DNA of 42,656 nt from Dysgonomonas sp. (GTDB taxonomy: Bacteria > Bacteroidota > Bacteroidia > Bacteroidales > Dysgonomonadaceae). Of the stretch, positions 18,231-28,867 are shown piece after piece; position 1 is the stretch's first letter, and each line of letters begins with the position of its first letter. The stretch spans positions 1 through 42,656 of the forward strand of contig JASLEN010000081.1 in the NCBI GenBank assembly GCA_030151105.1, given 5' to 3'. The notes below the pieces were generated by a model. The model was not told where the DNA came from and searched no databases. It saw only the letters and a program-made list of their open reading frames with translations. Both the position numbers and the translations under genes were made by a program.

Positions 18231-20234
18231 ATGAAAACATATAATAAATATATAATTGGACTTTTGATCCTTTTAGGATTATTCTCTTCATGTATTGATG
18301 AGAGTATGAATTATGATGAACAAAAAATTGACGAAAGCAAAGTTCAACCAGAATGGAATCTTAATGCTTCTATTGGTGCTGCTCAGCTAGATCCACACTT
18401 AGGAGAGCGTATGTTTGTATTGACATGGAAAGCCGCTTCTCGTTTTGACAGATCTAGTGGTTTTGCATTAGGCCAAGACAACAATGGCTTTATAACAGAC
18501 TACTTATCATTAGGATATGGAGCTGGATGGCTTAGAGATGCTCACCTTGCAGTAAGAATTGCAGAAAGAAAAATTGAAGCTGGAGACGACAAAGAACGTC
18601 CATATTATCATAACATAAAAGAAATGGGTCGCATCTGGAGAGCCTATGTAATCTCTGAGTTTGCAGATGGTCTTGGGTCAATGCCTACAGAAGAAGCTTT
18701 TGATGGTAAAAACTCAAAATTTGAGGCACAAGCAGATGTTTATAAATTCATTCTAACAGAATTAGAAGAGGCAAGCAAAGCCCTTTCTAAATCTACAATT
18801 TCAATGGGTGATGGTAGTGGTTATGACAAGAATCTAGATTTGATTTATAAAGGAGATATCAAAAAATGGGCGCAATATGGCAATTCTTTGCGTATGCGTA
18901 TAGCTATGCGTATCTCAGAGAAAGAACCAACTCTAGCAAAGCAACACTTTGAAGATGCTGTAAAAAACGACTATATCTCAGGTATCACAGATGTAGCTAG
19001 AGTTCAAGAAGTTGATGGATGGAATCCTTTTGCAGGAGTAATGAGCCGTACATGGAATGCTCAAATAATGTCTAAAACCTTCTATAATCTAGTCGTAGGC
19101 CTTGGAGGACAAAACTATAATGTTCCAGACGAACTAAAGTCTAAACTAAAAGACGCTCAATTAAATTTGGGATTACGATTAGATAAACACTTCCCAACAA
19201 CAACTAATGACCCAAGTGCTGGATATTTCTTCGATGGTATTCCATCTAAAGTGGATCCACGTGCAGCTGCGATGTATCACATTGTTGGTTACAACGATGG
19301 AAGTATTTATCCAGCTAATTTTGGAGCTGCGGGAGATGCTTCTAGCGAGGTTGCTCAAAAAGATAAGAACTTCTTAATAGAGTTCAAAAAAGAAGATGGA
19401 ACGGTAGATATTACATTGGACATTACTCATACATGGAGTACAACAGTGGCTGGAGTATGGGATAAAAAAGGAACAATGTCATCTGATTATACATCGGCTG
19501 CTTATCACTTCCCTGCATTGTCTAATGCTTACCGCACAAGTGGCAACTATAGAGTATTCTTTGGGCATTGGGAAACTTACTTCCTTTTAGCAGAAGCTAA
19601 ATTAAAAGGATGGTCAGTTCCTGGTACTGTTAAAGATAATTATGAAAAAGGAATTACTAGTAGTTTTGAATATCATGCTGCTGGAGTTCCTGATTTTATG
19701 AACAGATATAATAAGGAGATAATGGCTATGCTACCTGCTTATCTTGCTTCTAAAGATTATAATCGTGTAGGAACTTCAGTATCATTTGATCACTCGACAG
19801 AAGCAGTGGCATATAATATGAAATATGTTGATGCTTATACTAAACAAGAAGGAAGCACAACTTATCAATATCCTAAAAACTCTATTTATCAAGCTGGAAG
19901 TGTGAATAACGATGCTCTGACAAAAATCATAACTCAAAAGTATATTGCTCAAGTGCCTTGGTTACCACTTGAAGCATGGAACGATCATAGACGTCTAGGT
20001 CTTCCATTCTTCGAGAACCAAGCTGTTGAAGTCTCTTATAACGCTCAATTGCAGGTCCCATTAACACCAGCAACAAGTAAAGATTGCGCATGGGAATATT
20101 ATCCACAGAGATATAGATATCCAACGAGTTGGGCTGCAACAGATCCTATAAGCTACAAACAAGCACAAGATATGGTAGGAGGCCCTTCTAAAGACAATAC
20201 TAAAACTCCACTTTGGTGGACGAATAGAGAGTAA
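18231..20234 (+). CDS. SusD/RagB-family nutrient-binding outer membrane lipoprotein
   Basis: Lipobox LFSS|C; motifs GNSLRMRIAMR, ETYFLLAEA, IITQKYIA, EAWNDHRRLG and TPLWW; follows susC. Confidence 0.93.
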   Translation: MKTYNKYIIGLLILLGLFSSCIDESMNYDEQKIDESKVQPEWNLNASIGAAQLDPHLGERMFVLTWKAASRFDRSSGFALGQDNNGFITDYLSLGYGAGWLRDAHLAVRIAERKIEAGDDKERPYYHNIKEMGRIWRAYVISEFADGLGSMPTEEAFDGKNSKFEAQADVYKFILTELEEASKALSKSTISMGDGSGYDKNLDLIYKGDIKKWAQYGNSLRMRIAMRISEKEPTLAKQHFEDAVKNDYISGITDVARVQEVDGWNPFAGVMSRTWNAQIMSKTFYNLVVGLGGQNYNVPDELKSKLKDAQLNLGLRLDKHFPTTTNDPSAGYFFDGIPSKVDPRAAAMYHIVGYNDGSIYPANFGAAGDASSEVAQKDKNFLIEFKKEDGTVDITLDITHTWSTTVAGVWDKKGTMSSDYTSAAYHFPALSNAYRTSGNYRVFFGHWETYFLLAEAKLKGWSVPGTVKDNYEKGITSSFEYHAAGVPDFMNRYNKEIMAMLPAYLASKDYNRVGTSVSFDHSTEAVAYNMKYVDAYTKQEGSTTYQYPKNSIYQAGSVNNDALTKIITQKYIAQVPWLPLEAWNDHRRLGLPFFENQAVEVSYNAQLQVPLTPATSKDCAWEYYPQRYRYPTSWAATDPISYKQAQDMVGGPSKDNTKTPLWWTNRE

Positions 20235-20262
20235 GAAGACAAAACCTATTCTATAATAATTT

Positions 20263-20296
20263 AAAGGCTGTAAGACTTGATCTTACAGCCTTTTTT
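20263..20296 (+). terminator. Intrinsic terminator
   Basis: Stem AAAGGCTGTAAGA / TCTTACAGCCTTT with a 5-nt loop and T-run. Confidence 0.9.
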
Positions 20297-20413
20297 CTTC
20301 TAATATTCAAAATCTTATAACTTTTGACCCCGCAACTTATCTTTTTCCGCTATATTTAAGGAATATATAACTAAACTAGAGAGCTATTTTGAAGCTCTAA
20401 ATCTTAAAATATA

Positions 20414-21922
20414 ATGAAAAACAAAGTCAGTCTCACCCTTTCCCTCTTAGCAGCAGGGAGTCTAGTTAATGCTCAAGAGCGTCCTAATATTATTATTTTC
20501 TTAGTTGATGATATGGGGCTAATGGACACTTCACTTCCATTCATAACTGATAAAGATGGCAAGGCTGTAAGGCAACCACTCAATGACTGGTATCGCACAC
20601 CTAATATGGAGCGTATGGCGAATCAAGGTGTTCGCTTCTCTACATTCTATGCACAGAGTGTTAGTTCCCCGTCTAGAGCATCTATCATGACAGGCCAAAA
20701 TGCAACACGTCATGGCACGACCAATTGGATAAATGCAGAAACAAACAATAAAACACCCTTTGGACCTAAGGGATGGAACTGGGATGGAATAACAAAATCG
20801 ACAGTCACACTGCCTAGAATCTTACAGCAAGCAGGCTATAAAACTATTCATGTAGGGAAGGCACATTTTGGACATATTGGAAGCGAAGGAGAGGATCCTT
20901 TGAATGTGGGGTTTGATGTTAATATTGCGGGTTCATCTATTGGACATCCTGGTAGCTACTATGGAGAGTATGGCTATGGTAACATTAAAGGACAGAAAGC
21001 AAGAGCGGTACCTGGATTGAGTAAATATCATGGAACAGATACTTTCCTTAGTGAAGCACTCACCTTGGAGGCAAATATCCAAATAGATAAGGCTGTGTCT
21101 GAAAAAAAACCGTTTTTCTTATATCTAGCACATTATGCCGTACATTCTCCATTTGAGGCAGATAAGCGTTTCATTGATAATTATACAGACCCAAATAAGT
21201 CAGACCAAGCAAAAGCATTTGCTACGCTCATCGAAGGTATGGACAAATCACTAGGTGACGTGATGGATCATTTAGAAGAGCTTGGCATAGCAGATAACAC
21301 ATTGATTATATTTCTTGGAGACAATGGCTCTGACGCTCCACTTGGAGACGAGAAAGGGCATTATTCATCTGCTCCACTTCGAGGTAAAAAAGGAAGTGAA
21401 TACGAAGGAGGAATGCGAGTTCCTTTTATAACCTCTTGGGCGAAACCCAATGAAACTAATCCACAACAACAAAAACTCCCAATCCAAGGAGCAACAATAC
21501 AGCAACAAATAGGAACTGTTATGGATATTCTCCCAACCATCGCATCTGTTACAGAAACGAACCTTCCTGAAAACTATATAACTGATGGATTCGATCTTTC
21601 AACTCAATTTAAAGGAGAGAAGAATGAATTACGCACAGAAAAGTTTTTAATGCATTTTCCACACGAACATCGAGGAAGTTACTTTACTACATATAGGGAT
21701 GGAGATTGGAAGCTTATATATTACTATAATCCTCAGTTACCTGACAAGCCTATGATAGAGCTTTATAATCTAAAGAAAGACCCTATAGAGATTCACAACC
21801 TAGCAACAACTGAGCCTCAAAAATTGACAGCTATGTTGTCAGCTATGGCTCAACAGCTAGAAGACGAAGGAGCTTTGTATCCTGAAGATATAAATGGAAA
21901 TATATTAAAACCAAGGTTATAA
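20414..21922 (+). CDS. Formylglycine-dependent (S1) sulfatase, Ser-type, exported
   Basis: Signal peptide, PNIIIFLVDDMG, active-site SSPSRASIMTG (SxPxR), GKAH, HYAVH, GDNG, GKKGS.YEGG.RVP and ELYNL..DP.E. Confidence 0.93.
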   Translation: MKNKVSLTLSLLAAGSLVNAQERPNIIIFLVDDMGLMDTSLPFITDKDGKAVRQPLNDWYRTPNMERMANQGVRFSTFYAQSVSSPSRASIMTGQNATRHGTTNWINAETNNKTPFGPKGWNWDGITKSTVTLPRILQQAGYKTIHVGKAHFGHIGSEGEDPLNVGFDVNIAGSSIGHPGSYYGEYGYGNIKGQKARAVPGLSKYHGTDTFLSEALTLEANIQIDKAVSEKKPFFLYLAHYAVHSPFEADKRFIDNYTDPNKSDQAKAFATLIEGMDKSLGDVMDHLEELGIADNTLIIFLGDNGSDAPLGDEKGHYSSAPLRGKKGSEYEGGMRVPFITSWAKPNETNPQQQKLPIQGATIQQQIGTVMDILPTIASVTETNLPENYITDGFDLSTQFKGEKNELRTEKFLMHFPHEHRGSYFTTYRDGDWKLIYYYNPQLPDKPMIELYNLKKDPIEIHNLATTEPQKLTAMLSAMAQQLEDEGALYPEDINGNILKPRL

Positions 21923-22065
21923 AATATAATAGTTCGATCTAATTCTAAAGTTAGACTAAACCTCAGATTAAGACTAAGAGGGTTAATACAATGATATTCA
22001 AGACTCGAATAAACTCGTAAACTTAAATCGCAGTAAATAATACTTGATATATCCCTATTAATAAC

Positions 22066-22073
22066 TACTTTTG
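22066..22073 (+). promoter_or_regulatory. Bacteroidetes -7 promoter element for the polysaccharide locus
   Basis: TACTTTTG(CA), about 60 nt upstream of the wza-like ATG. Confidence 0.65.
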
Positions 22074-22132
22074 CAATCTGTGTAAATTACAAAACGTAAA
22101 AACGAATATTCATCAGTCTTTTAAAACTAAGC

Positions 22133-24517
22133 ATGAAAAGAAGTATATTAGTACTTATTGTATCTTTGCTATCTCTTACCTCCTTTGCCCAGATGAGCGA
22201 TTCTCAAGTCATTGAGTATGTAAAGTCTGAACACGCTAAAGGAACTAATCAACAAGCTATTGGAGCTGCACTTCTACAAAAGGGTGTTACTCAAGATCAG
22301 CTTAAAAGAATAAAAAGTCAGGTAGAAAGAGAAAACCAAAATGAATCTACCAATATAGGAGCTACTACATCCTCCACTGCTTTAAGAAGAGTTTATCAAG
22401 AAGATGAAGATTTCGTTCGTCATATAGAAGCTGATTCTGCAGCACACATGCTTCGTCAAGATATATATGGAAAGAATATATTCAATCGAAAAAATCTTTC
22501 TTTTGCACCTGATGTAAATATTCCAACTCCTGTCAACTACAAATTAGCGGCAGGCGATGAAGTAGTCATAGAAATATGGGGAGCTTCACAAGCATCCTTC
22601 CGAAAAGTTATATCTCCAGAAGGCTCAATTAATATCGACAACCTAGGTCCAATTACGCTGAGCGGAATGACTGTGGAAACAGCAAACACCTATGTAAAGA
22701 ACAAGTTAGCAAGTCTATATTCTGGAGTAAATGATATGGATGGAACATCTCATATCAAATTAACTCTGGGACAAATACGTACCATTCAGATTAATGTGAT
22801 GGGAGAAGTAGCCGTTCCAGGTACTTACTCAATTTCTTCACTTTCATCGGTGTTTCATGCACTTTATCTTGCTGGGGGAATTAATGATATAGGATCTCTA
22901 CGTGAAATTAGTTTGGTTCGTAGAGGCAACAAAATTGAAACAGTCGATATCTACGACTTCTTGTTATATGGTAAGACAACAGATGCTCGCCTTTTTGACG
23001 GGGATGTAATCATGGTTCCACCTTATAAGTCTCTTGTCAATATTACAGGGCAAGTAAAGAGACCAATGTTTTATGAAATGACAGATAAAGAGACTGTTGA
23101 TGATTTAATCAAATATGCTGGAGGTTTTACTGGAGGAGCATATGCTGATAAAATAAATCTTGTTCGTAAAACAGGAGGATATGACAAAATATTCACTCTA
23201 AATGAGGCTCAAAGAGCTGCTTTCAATGTAGCAGACGGAGACTCGATTTCAGTTGGTGGTGGTCTTGCTCTCTATGACAACAGAGTTCAGATAACAGGAA
23301 ACGTTTTCCGACCTGGCTACTATGAAATTGGAGGAGATATTAAGACAGTTAAGGATTTAGTTATTAAAGCAGGCAATCCAAAAGAAAATGCCTTCCTTGA
23401 TCGTGTAATTCTAACACGTGAAAAAGAAGACCTAACACTTGAAACTTTAGCATTAAACCTCAGTAGCATACTTTCTGGAGCAAGCCCTGATGTTCTGTTA
23501 AGAAAAAATGATGTCCTACTTATAGCATCAAACAGGATAGAAGAAGATTTAGGAGATTTAGCTGTTTTTGGTCTTGTCGCACATCCTGGGACTTACGACT
23601 TTGCATATAACACTACAATAAAAGACCTTATATTAAAAGCTGGAGGTTTATTGAGTGCCGCATCTACCGCAAGAGTTGATGTTTCTCGAAGAATTATTGA
23701 CCCTACAAGTACAACAACAAATACAATTATAGCAGAAACATTTACATTTTCCATTGAAGATGGTTTGATTGCTGATGGAAAAGAAAGTTTTGTTCTAAAA
23801 CCATATGATCAAGTCTATATTCGCAGAAGTCCTGGATATGAAGCTCAACGTAATGTAACACTTGAGGGAGAGGTTATCTTCCCTGGAGAATATACTCTAG
23901 AAGTGAAAGAGCAACGCATTTCAGACCTGGTTAAGCAAGCAGGAGGAACAACTCCTCATGCATTTCTTGATGGAGCTAGACTAGTAAGACAACAGTCGAA
24001 AGAAGAGCGTTTGCGTCAGTTACAAAGTATAAATATGCTTCAACGAGGTAATAAGGAGGACTCTCTATCAGTAGAATCTCTAGATACAGAATCTGAATAT
24101 GCTATTGGTATTGACTTAAAGAAGGCACTATCTAATCCGAAGTCAAACTTTGATATAGTATTGAAGCCTGGTGATAGACTATTTATCCCAGAATTTGATA
24201 ATACTGTAAAAATAAATGGTGCAGTAATGTTCCCGAATACGGTTCTTTATCAAAAAGGCATGAGCCTTCAGGACTATGTCAATCAGGCTGGAGGATTTAG
24301 TGATCTAGCTCAAAAGAAAAGAGTATATATCGTCTATATGAATGGCATGACAGCAAAAGCCAAAGGCTCAAGTAAAAGTTTGCTCAAGCCTGGCTGCGAA
24401 ATAGTTGTACCCACTAAAGAAGTTAAACCTAAGATGTCAACAGGTGAGATTATAGGAATCACAAGCGGTGTTGTCTCTATGGCTTCTGTTATTGCTCTAT
24501 TAATCAACTCATTCTAA
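22133..24517 (+). CDS. Polysaccharide export protein (Wza/KpsD-like, Poly_export plus multiple SLBB domains)
   Basis: Signal peptide, Y.L..GDE..I.IWG, and repeated SLBB units (GEV..PG.Y…AGG); first gene of the locus. Confidence 0.88.
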   Translation: MKRSILVLIVSLLSLTSFAQMSDSQVIEYVKSEHAKGTNQQAIGAALLQKGVTQDQLKRIKSQVERENQNESTNIGATTSSTALRRVYQEDEDFVRHIEADSAAHMLRQDIYGKNIFNRKNLSFAPDVNIPTPVNYKLAAGDEVVIEIWGASQASFRKVISPEGSINIDNLGPITLSGMTVETANTYVKNKLASLYSGVNDMDGTSHIKLTLGQIRTIQINVMGEVAVPGTYSISSLSSVFHALYLAGGINDIGSLREISLVRRGNKIETVDIYDFLLYGKTTDARLFDGDVIMVPPYKSLVNITGQVKRPMFYEMTDKETVDDLIKYAGGFTGGAYADKINLVRKTGGYDKIFTLNEAQRAAFNVADGDSISVGGGLALYDNRVQITGNVFRPGYYEIGGDIKTVKDLVIKAGNPKENAFLDRVILTREKEDLTLETLALNLSSILSGASPDVLLRKNDVLLIASNRIEEDLGDLAVFGLVAHPGTYDFAYNTTIKDLILKAGGLLSAASTARVDVSRRIIDPTSTTTNTIIAETFTFSIEDGLIADGKESFVLKPYDQVYIRRSPGYEAQRNVTLEGEVIFPGEYTLEVKEQRISDLVKQAGGTTPHAFLDGARLVRQQSKEERLRQLQSINMLQRGNKEDSLSVESLDTESEYAIGIDLKKALSNPKSNFDIVLKPGDRLFIPEFDNTVKINGAVMFPNTVLYQKGMSLQDYVNQAGGFSDLAQKKRVYIVYMNGMTAKAKGSSKSLLKPGCEIVVPTKEVKPKMSTGEIIGITSGVVSMASVIALLINSF

Positions 24518-24636
24518 TAAAGTATGGAAAAAGAAGAAAAGTGTATAGATCATGACCTTTTACTATCATTATAATTTATAGCGTTTGCATATCTAGAAGA
24601 GTTTAGTCACTTACATCTTCATATTAAAAAATTCAA

Positions 24637-26193
24637 ATGGCTGAGGACACAAAAATAGTTCTTTCGAGTAATAAGAAAATAGCTAAAAATACAATAATGC
24701 TGTATATAAGGCATATATTAATAATGCTAGTCAGCCTTTATACAGTTAGAGTAATTTTAAATACTTTAGGTATTGAAGATTATGGAATTTACAATGTTGT
24801 TGGAGGTATAGTAGCTATGTTCTCATTCTTTAATACTACGATGGCTAGTGCCTCTCAGCGTTTTTTCTCCTTTGCGCTAGGATTAAAAGATTACGAAAAG
24901 CTAAAAAAAACATTTGCTGTAAATTGGATTATTTACTTATTGATTGCAATATTAGCATTGGTTTTACTAGAATCACTTGGACTTTGGTTTGTAAGTACTA
25001 AATTAACAATTCCTCCAGATCGGATACAAGCTGCACTTTGGGTATATCATTTTTCAGTTTTAGCCTTTATATGCTCTATATTAACAACACCTTTTACAGC
25101 AATGATTATTGCTCATGAGGATATGAATATATATGCTTATGTGTCCATTGTAGAAGCATTACTTAAATTAGCTATTGTATATATACTCTTAATTTCTTCT
25201 TGTGATAAATTGCAGCTTTATGGAATATTATTTTTTATATCAACCTTAATAACTTCGTTGATTTACGTTGTGATAAGTAAAATAAAATATAGAGGATGTA
25301 CGTTTTCGTTTGTTTGGGATAGATGTATATTTAAAGAGGTCTTTTCTTTTACAGGATGGAGCGTTTTCGGCAGCATGACGGTAGTCTTAAGAAATCATGC
25401 AGTTACAATATTACTGAACCAAATGTGCAACCCTATTGTTGTGGCGGCACGAGCAATCGCTATGCAAGTGTCTAACCATGTAAATGTTTTTTCAACAAAT
25501 TTCAATACAGGCTTGTACCCTCCCATAGTTAAAAACTATGCAGCTGGTGATAGAAAGCAAATGCTAAGTCTTGTATTTGGAGGATCGAAAATAACCTACT
25601 TCTTGATGTTCTTATTTACCCTCCCCCTTCTTTTAGAAATGCCTTATGTATTAAAGCTTTGGTTAAAGAATCCGCCAGAAGGAGCAATAATCTTTACACG
25701 TTTAGCCCTTATTGATGCTCTTATCACTTCGGTAAGTCTGCCTCTGATGACTACTGTTAGAGCTACTGGAAAAGTTAAGCTATATGAATTATCTTTAGGG
25801 AGCATACTGATTATTAGCTTTTTGGTTTCGTGGGCTATCTTGTATATGGGCATTGAACCATACTATGTCATGATTGTAGCCATTATAGCAACAAGTCTTA
25901 TGTTAATACTTCGTCTTCTCTTACTGAAGAAAATACTAGAATTCCCTATATTTGAATATTTTCAGAAAGTAATATTCCCAATATTACTAATGTCAATAGT
26001 TGCCTCTTTTCTCTCTTTTGGAGTAAGTTCAATACTGCCTGATAAATTTATATATATTTGTATTTCTGTATTATTCTCTATGTTTGTTACTTGTTTAAGT
26101 ACATTTTTGATCGTTTTCGATATATCTGATAGAGATAGAGTAAAAGATGCAATTAAGAACAAAATTAAGAAAAACACTAATGAACTTAATTAA
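24637..26193 (+). CDS. wzx: Wzx-type polysaccharide flippase (MOP/MATE-like superfamily)
   Basis: Multi-TM protein with IAKNT..LY.R…LYTVRV.L..LG.EDYGIYNVVGG, typical of Bacteroidales capsule flippases. Confidence 0.85.
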   Translation: MAEDTKIVLSSNKKIAKNTIMLYIRHILIMLVSLYTVRVILNTLGIEDYGIYNVVGGIVAMFSFFNTTMASASQRFFSFALGLKDYEKLKKTFAVNWIIYLLIAILALVLLESLGLWFVSTKLTIPPDRIQAALWVYHFSVLAFICSILTTPFTAMIIAHEDMNIYAYVSIVEALLKLAIVYILLISSCDKLQLYGILFFISTLITSLIYVVISKIKYRGCTFSFVWDRCIFKEVFSFTGWSVFGSMTVVLRNHAVTILLNQMCNPIVVAARAIAMQVSNHVNVFSTNFNTGLYPPIVKNYAAGDRKQMLSLVFGGSKITYFLMFLFTLPLLLEMPYVLKLWLKNPPEGAIIFTRLALIDALITSVSLPLMTTVRATGKVKLYELSLGSILIISFLVSWAILYMGIEPYYVMIVAIIATSLMLILRLLLLKKILEFPIFEYFQKVIFPILLMSIVASFLSFGVSSILPDKFIYICISVLFSMFVTCLSTFLIVFDISDRDRVKDAIKNKIKKNTNELN

Positions 26194-27046
26194 TAAAATA
26201 TCACACAAAATAAACGGCATAATACTAGCTATCAAATCCTTACATAAGGTTTATAGCTATGGAGGATTTTCTAGTATAAACATTACACCCATAAATCATG
26301 GTGAAGTTTTAAAGGGGAAGAATATCCTAATAACAGGAGGATCCAGTGGTATAGGGTATAGCATAGCCAGAAAATGTTTAGATGAAGGAGCAAATGTAAT
26401 TATTACTGGGAGAAATGAAAAAAAATTGAAAGAAGCCGAAAGCTTATTGAATAATAAATGTCTTAAAATTCTAACTTGGGATATTAGTAAAATATCTCAA
26501 GCTAACGAGTCTTTAGAAATCGCCGAAAAATTATTTGAAGGGGATATAGATATTTTAGTCAATAATGCTGGTATCTTAAATGATACAAAATTCCCAAACG
26601 TATCAGAAGAAGCATGGGATAATGTTTATGCTACAAACTCTAAAGGGCTATTTTTCACAACACAAGCTTTGTGTGATAAATGGATTAAAAGAAAAAACTT
26701 AGGTTTAAAAAAAATAATAAACATCTCCTCTCAAGGTGGATTTGTTGGAGCGACTTACCCTTATAGAATGACAAAGTGGGATGTAGCTGGACTAACTCAA
26801 GGCTTAGGTATCACGTTAGCTCCTTATGGTATAATAGTGAATGGTATAGCTCCTGGAGTTATAGTCACAAATATGCAATCTAATTGTCAAGATCAAAAAG
26901 AAAATGTTTTTTATCCTCATAATCCAATACAGCGGTTTGCAATACCAGAGGAAATAGCAGAATTAACCGTATTTTTACTAAGTGACGCTGCAAATTTTAT
27001 TGTTGGACAAACTATCATTTGTGATGGAGGATATTCTTTAAAATAA
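26180..27046 (+). CDS. SDR-family NAD(P)-dependent oxidoreductase
   Basis: TGGSSGIG, NNAG, catalytic YRMTK, VNGIAPG and DGG. The likely start at 26180 overlaps the end of wzx. Confidence 0.9.
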   Translation: MNLINKISHKINGIILAIKSLHKVYSYGGFSSINITPINHGEVLKGKNILITGGSSGIGYSIARKCLDEGANVIITGRNEKKLKEAESLLNNKCLKILTWDISKISQANESLEIAEKLFEGDIDILVNNAGILNDTKFPNVSEEAWDNVYATNSKGLFFTTQALCDKWIKRKNLGLKKIINISSQGGFVGATYPYRMTKWDVAGLTQGLGITLAPYGIIVNGIAPGVIVTNMQSNCQDQKENVFYPHNPIQRFAIPEEIAELTVFLLSDAANFIVGQTIICDGGYSLK

Positions 27047-27054
27047 TTATTAAT

Positions 27055-28803
27055 ATGTATACTATATCAAAAAATAGCCAAATTGTTTTGGCACTACTTA
27101 AAGCTCACAATATAAAACATATTGTTATAAACCCAGGAGCAACGAATATCCCTATAGTTGGAGGGCTGCAAAGCGATCCTTTTTTTATCTGTTATTCTAT
27201 TGTAGATGAAAGAAGTGCAATGTATTTTGCCATTGGTTTATCTTTGCAATTAGGCGTGCCAGTTGCAACAACTTGTACAAGTGCACAGGCCACAAGGAAT
27301 TATATTCCAGGTTTAACAGAAGCTTTTTATAAGCATGTGCCCATTTTGGCCATCACAGCATCTAAACACCCTAAGTTTTTTTATCAAGATTATATGCAAG
27401 CACCTAACCAGATATCTTTACCTGCGGATGCTGTTAAAAAGACCTACGCTTTACCCTATGTTTCTAATGAGATAGACCGATTGCATTGTGTACGACTTGT
27501 AAATGAAGCAATGCTAGAGCTAACCCACAGGACACCAGGGCCCATTCAATTAAATGTACCCATGTTGGATGGCGACTTAGGAAAATTTGACGTAGCAGAG
27601 TTACCCCTTGTCCGAGTTATAAAACGTTATATGGAATGGGAAATATGGGAAGATATTAGCCTGAAAAACAAAAAGATTATGATAGTAATTGGAGAGCATT
27701 GTCCTTTTTCTGACAATCAACTAAATGCTCTACATAGTTTTACAGAAACCAATAATGCCTTTGTCTATGTAAACCATCTATCCAACTATCATGGCAAATA
27801 TGCAGTATCAGCAAATCTTGCCCTTTTCGGAATGGATAGCAAAACTTTTGACACAACATACAAACCAGACATTCTCATTTCAATTGGCGGTATAACAGGT
27901 GATTATCCACTATTTAATAAATTATTTAAGGGGAGAGAAACAGACTTCGAGCATTGGCGAATAAGTGAAAATGGAGATATAGTAGATACTTATGATAAAC
28001 TCACAAAGGTATTTGAGTGCCCTATGGAATTATTCTTCTCAAGGCTAAACAATGGAGAGGAACAAACTCATCAATATTTCTCGGATTGGAAGATGTTACA
28101 AGATAATGTTTCAATGCCTGAAGAGGATCTACCTCTATCAAATATATATATAGCACAACAATTACATTCTTTAATCCCCCAGAAATCATATTTGAATTTC
28201 TCAATATTAAATAGTTTGCGTAGCTGGCTCTTTTTTCCTCTTGATCCATCTATTATTTGTTATTCAAATGTTGGAGCATTTGGAACGGACGGATGTCTAT
28301 CTGTTTTACTTGGGCAAAGTATCAATACAGAACAATTGTGCTTTATGATTATCGGAGACTTAAGTTTTTTCTACGATATGAATAGTCTGGGTATTAGGCA
28401 TCTAAAAAACAATCTGCGTATACTTTTAGTAAACAATAATTGTGGAGCCGAGTTTAAATTATACACAAACCCCGGCAGTCAGTTTGAAGAGAAAGGAGAT
28501 GCTTATATTGCGGCAGCGGGACACAATAGCGATGCTAAAGGGTGGGTAGAAGCCAACAACTTTAGATATCTTTCAGCTAAAACTAAAGAGGAATTTACAC
28601 AGTGTACAAAGGAGTTTCTAGGAAACTCAGAACAGTCAATAGTTTTAGAAGTTTTCACAAGGCATGAAGATGAATCACTTGCTTTAAGAATGATAGCTGA
28701 AAGTAATCAGAGGAAATCAATACAGTCACTAATAAAAGATAAGGTAGGTACTATTATTGGTGATAAAGGTATTGAGAGAATAAAAAAAATAATGAAGAAA
28801 TAA
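27055..28803 (+). CDS. MenD-like thiamine-diphosphate-dependent enzyme (polysaccharide-locus paralogue)
   Basis: VDERSAMYFAIG, CTS..A..NY.PG.TEA and the ThDP motif GTDG…IGDLSFFYDMN…NN. No other men genes nearby. Confidence 0.85.
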   Translation: MYTISKNSQIVLALLKAHNIKHIVINPGATNIPIVGGLQSDPFFICYSIVDERSAMYFAIGLSLQLGVPVATTCTSAQATRNYIPGLTEAFYKHVPILAITASKHPKFFYQDYMQAPNQISLPADAVKKTYALPYVSNEIDRLHCVRLVNEAMLELTHRTPGPIQLNVPMLDGDLGKFDVAELPLVRVIKRYMEWEIWEDISLKNKKIMIVIGEHCPFSDNQLNALHSFTETNNAFVYVNHLSNYHGKYAVSANLALFGMDSKTFDTTYKPDILISIGGITGDYPLFNKLFKGRETDFEHWRISENGDIVDTYDKLTKVFECPMELFFSRLNNGEEQTHQYFSDWKMLQDNVSMPEEDLPLSNIYIAQQLHSLIPQKSYLNFSILNSLRSWLFFPLDPSIICYSNVGAFGTDGCLSVLLGQSINTEQLCFMIIGDLSFFYDMNSLGIRHLKNNLRILLVNNNCGAEFKLYTNPGSQFEEKGDAYIAAAGHNSDAKGWVEANNFRYLSAKTKEEFTQCTKEFLGNSEQSIVLEVFTRHEDESLALRMIAESNQRKSIQSLIKDKVGTIIGDKGIERIKKIMKK

Positions 28804-28867
28804 AGTTCTTCTTTTACAATTATCTTGGAGCTTTATGTGATTCTAGCTCTAAAAAGAGTAGTGAATT

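Noticed and set aside
21928..22110. Mpi-type invertible repeats around the capsule promoter (AATAGTTCG / CGAATATT)
   Set aside because: The match is short and gapped, as expected by chance in AT-rich DNA.
27055..28803. Calling this gene menD of menaquinone biosynthesis
   Set aside because: No menF/H/C/E/B neighbours, and it is embedded in a polysaccharide operon, so the symbol is withheld.
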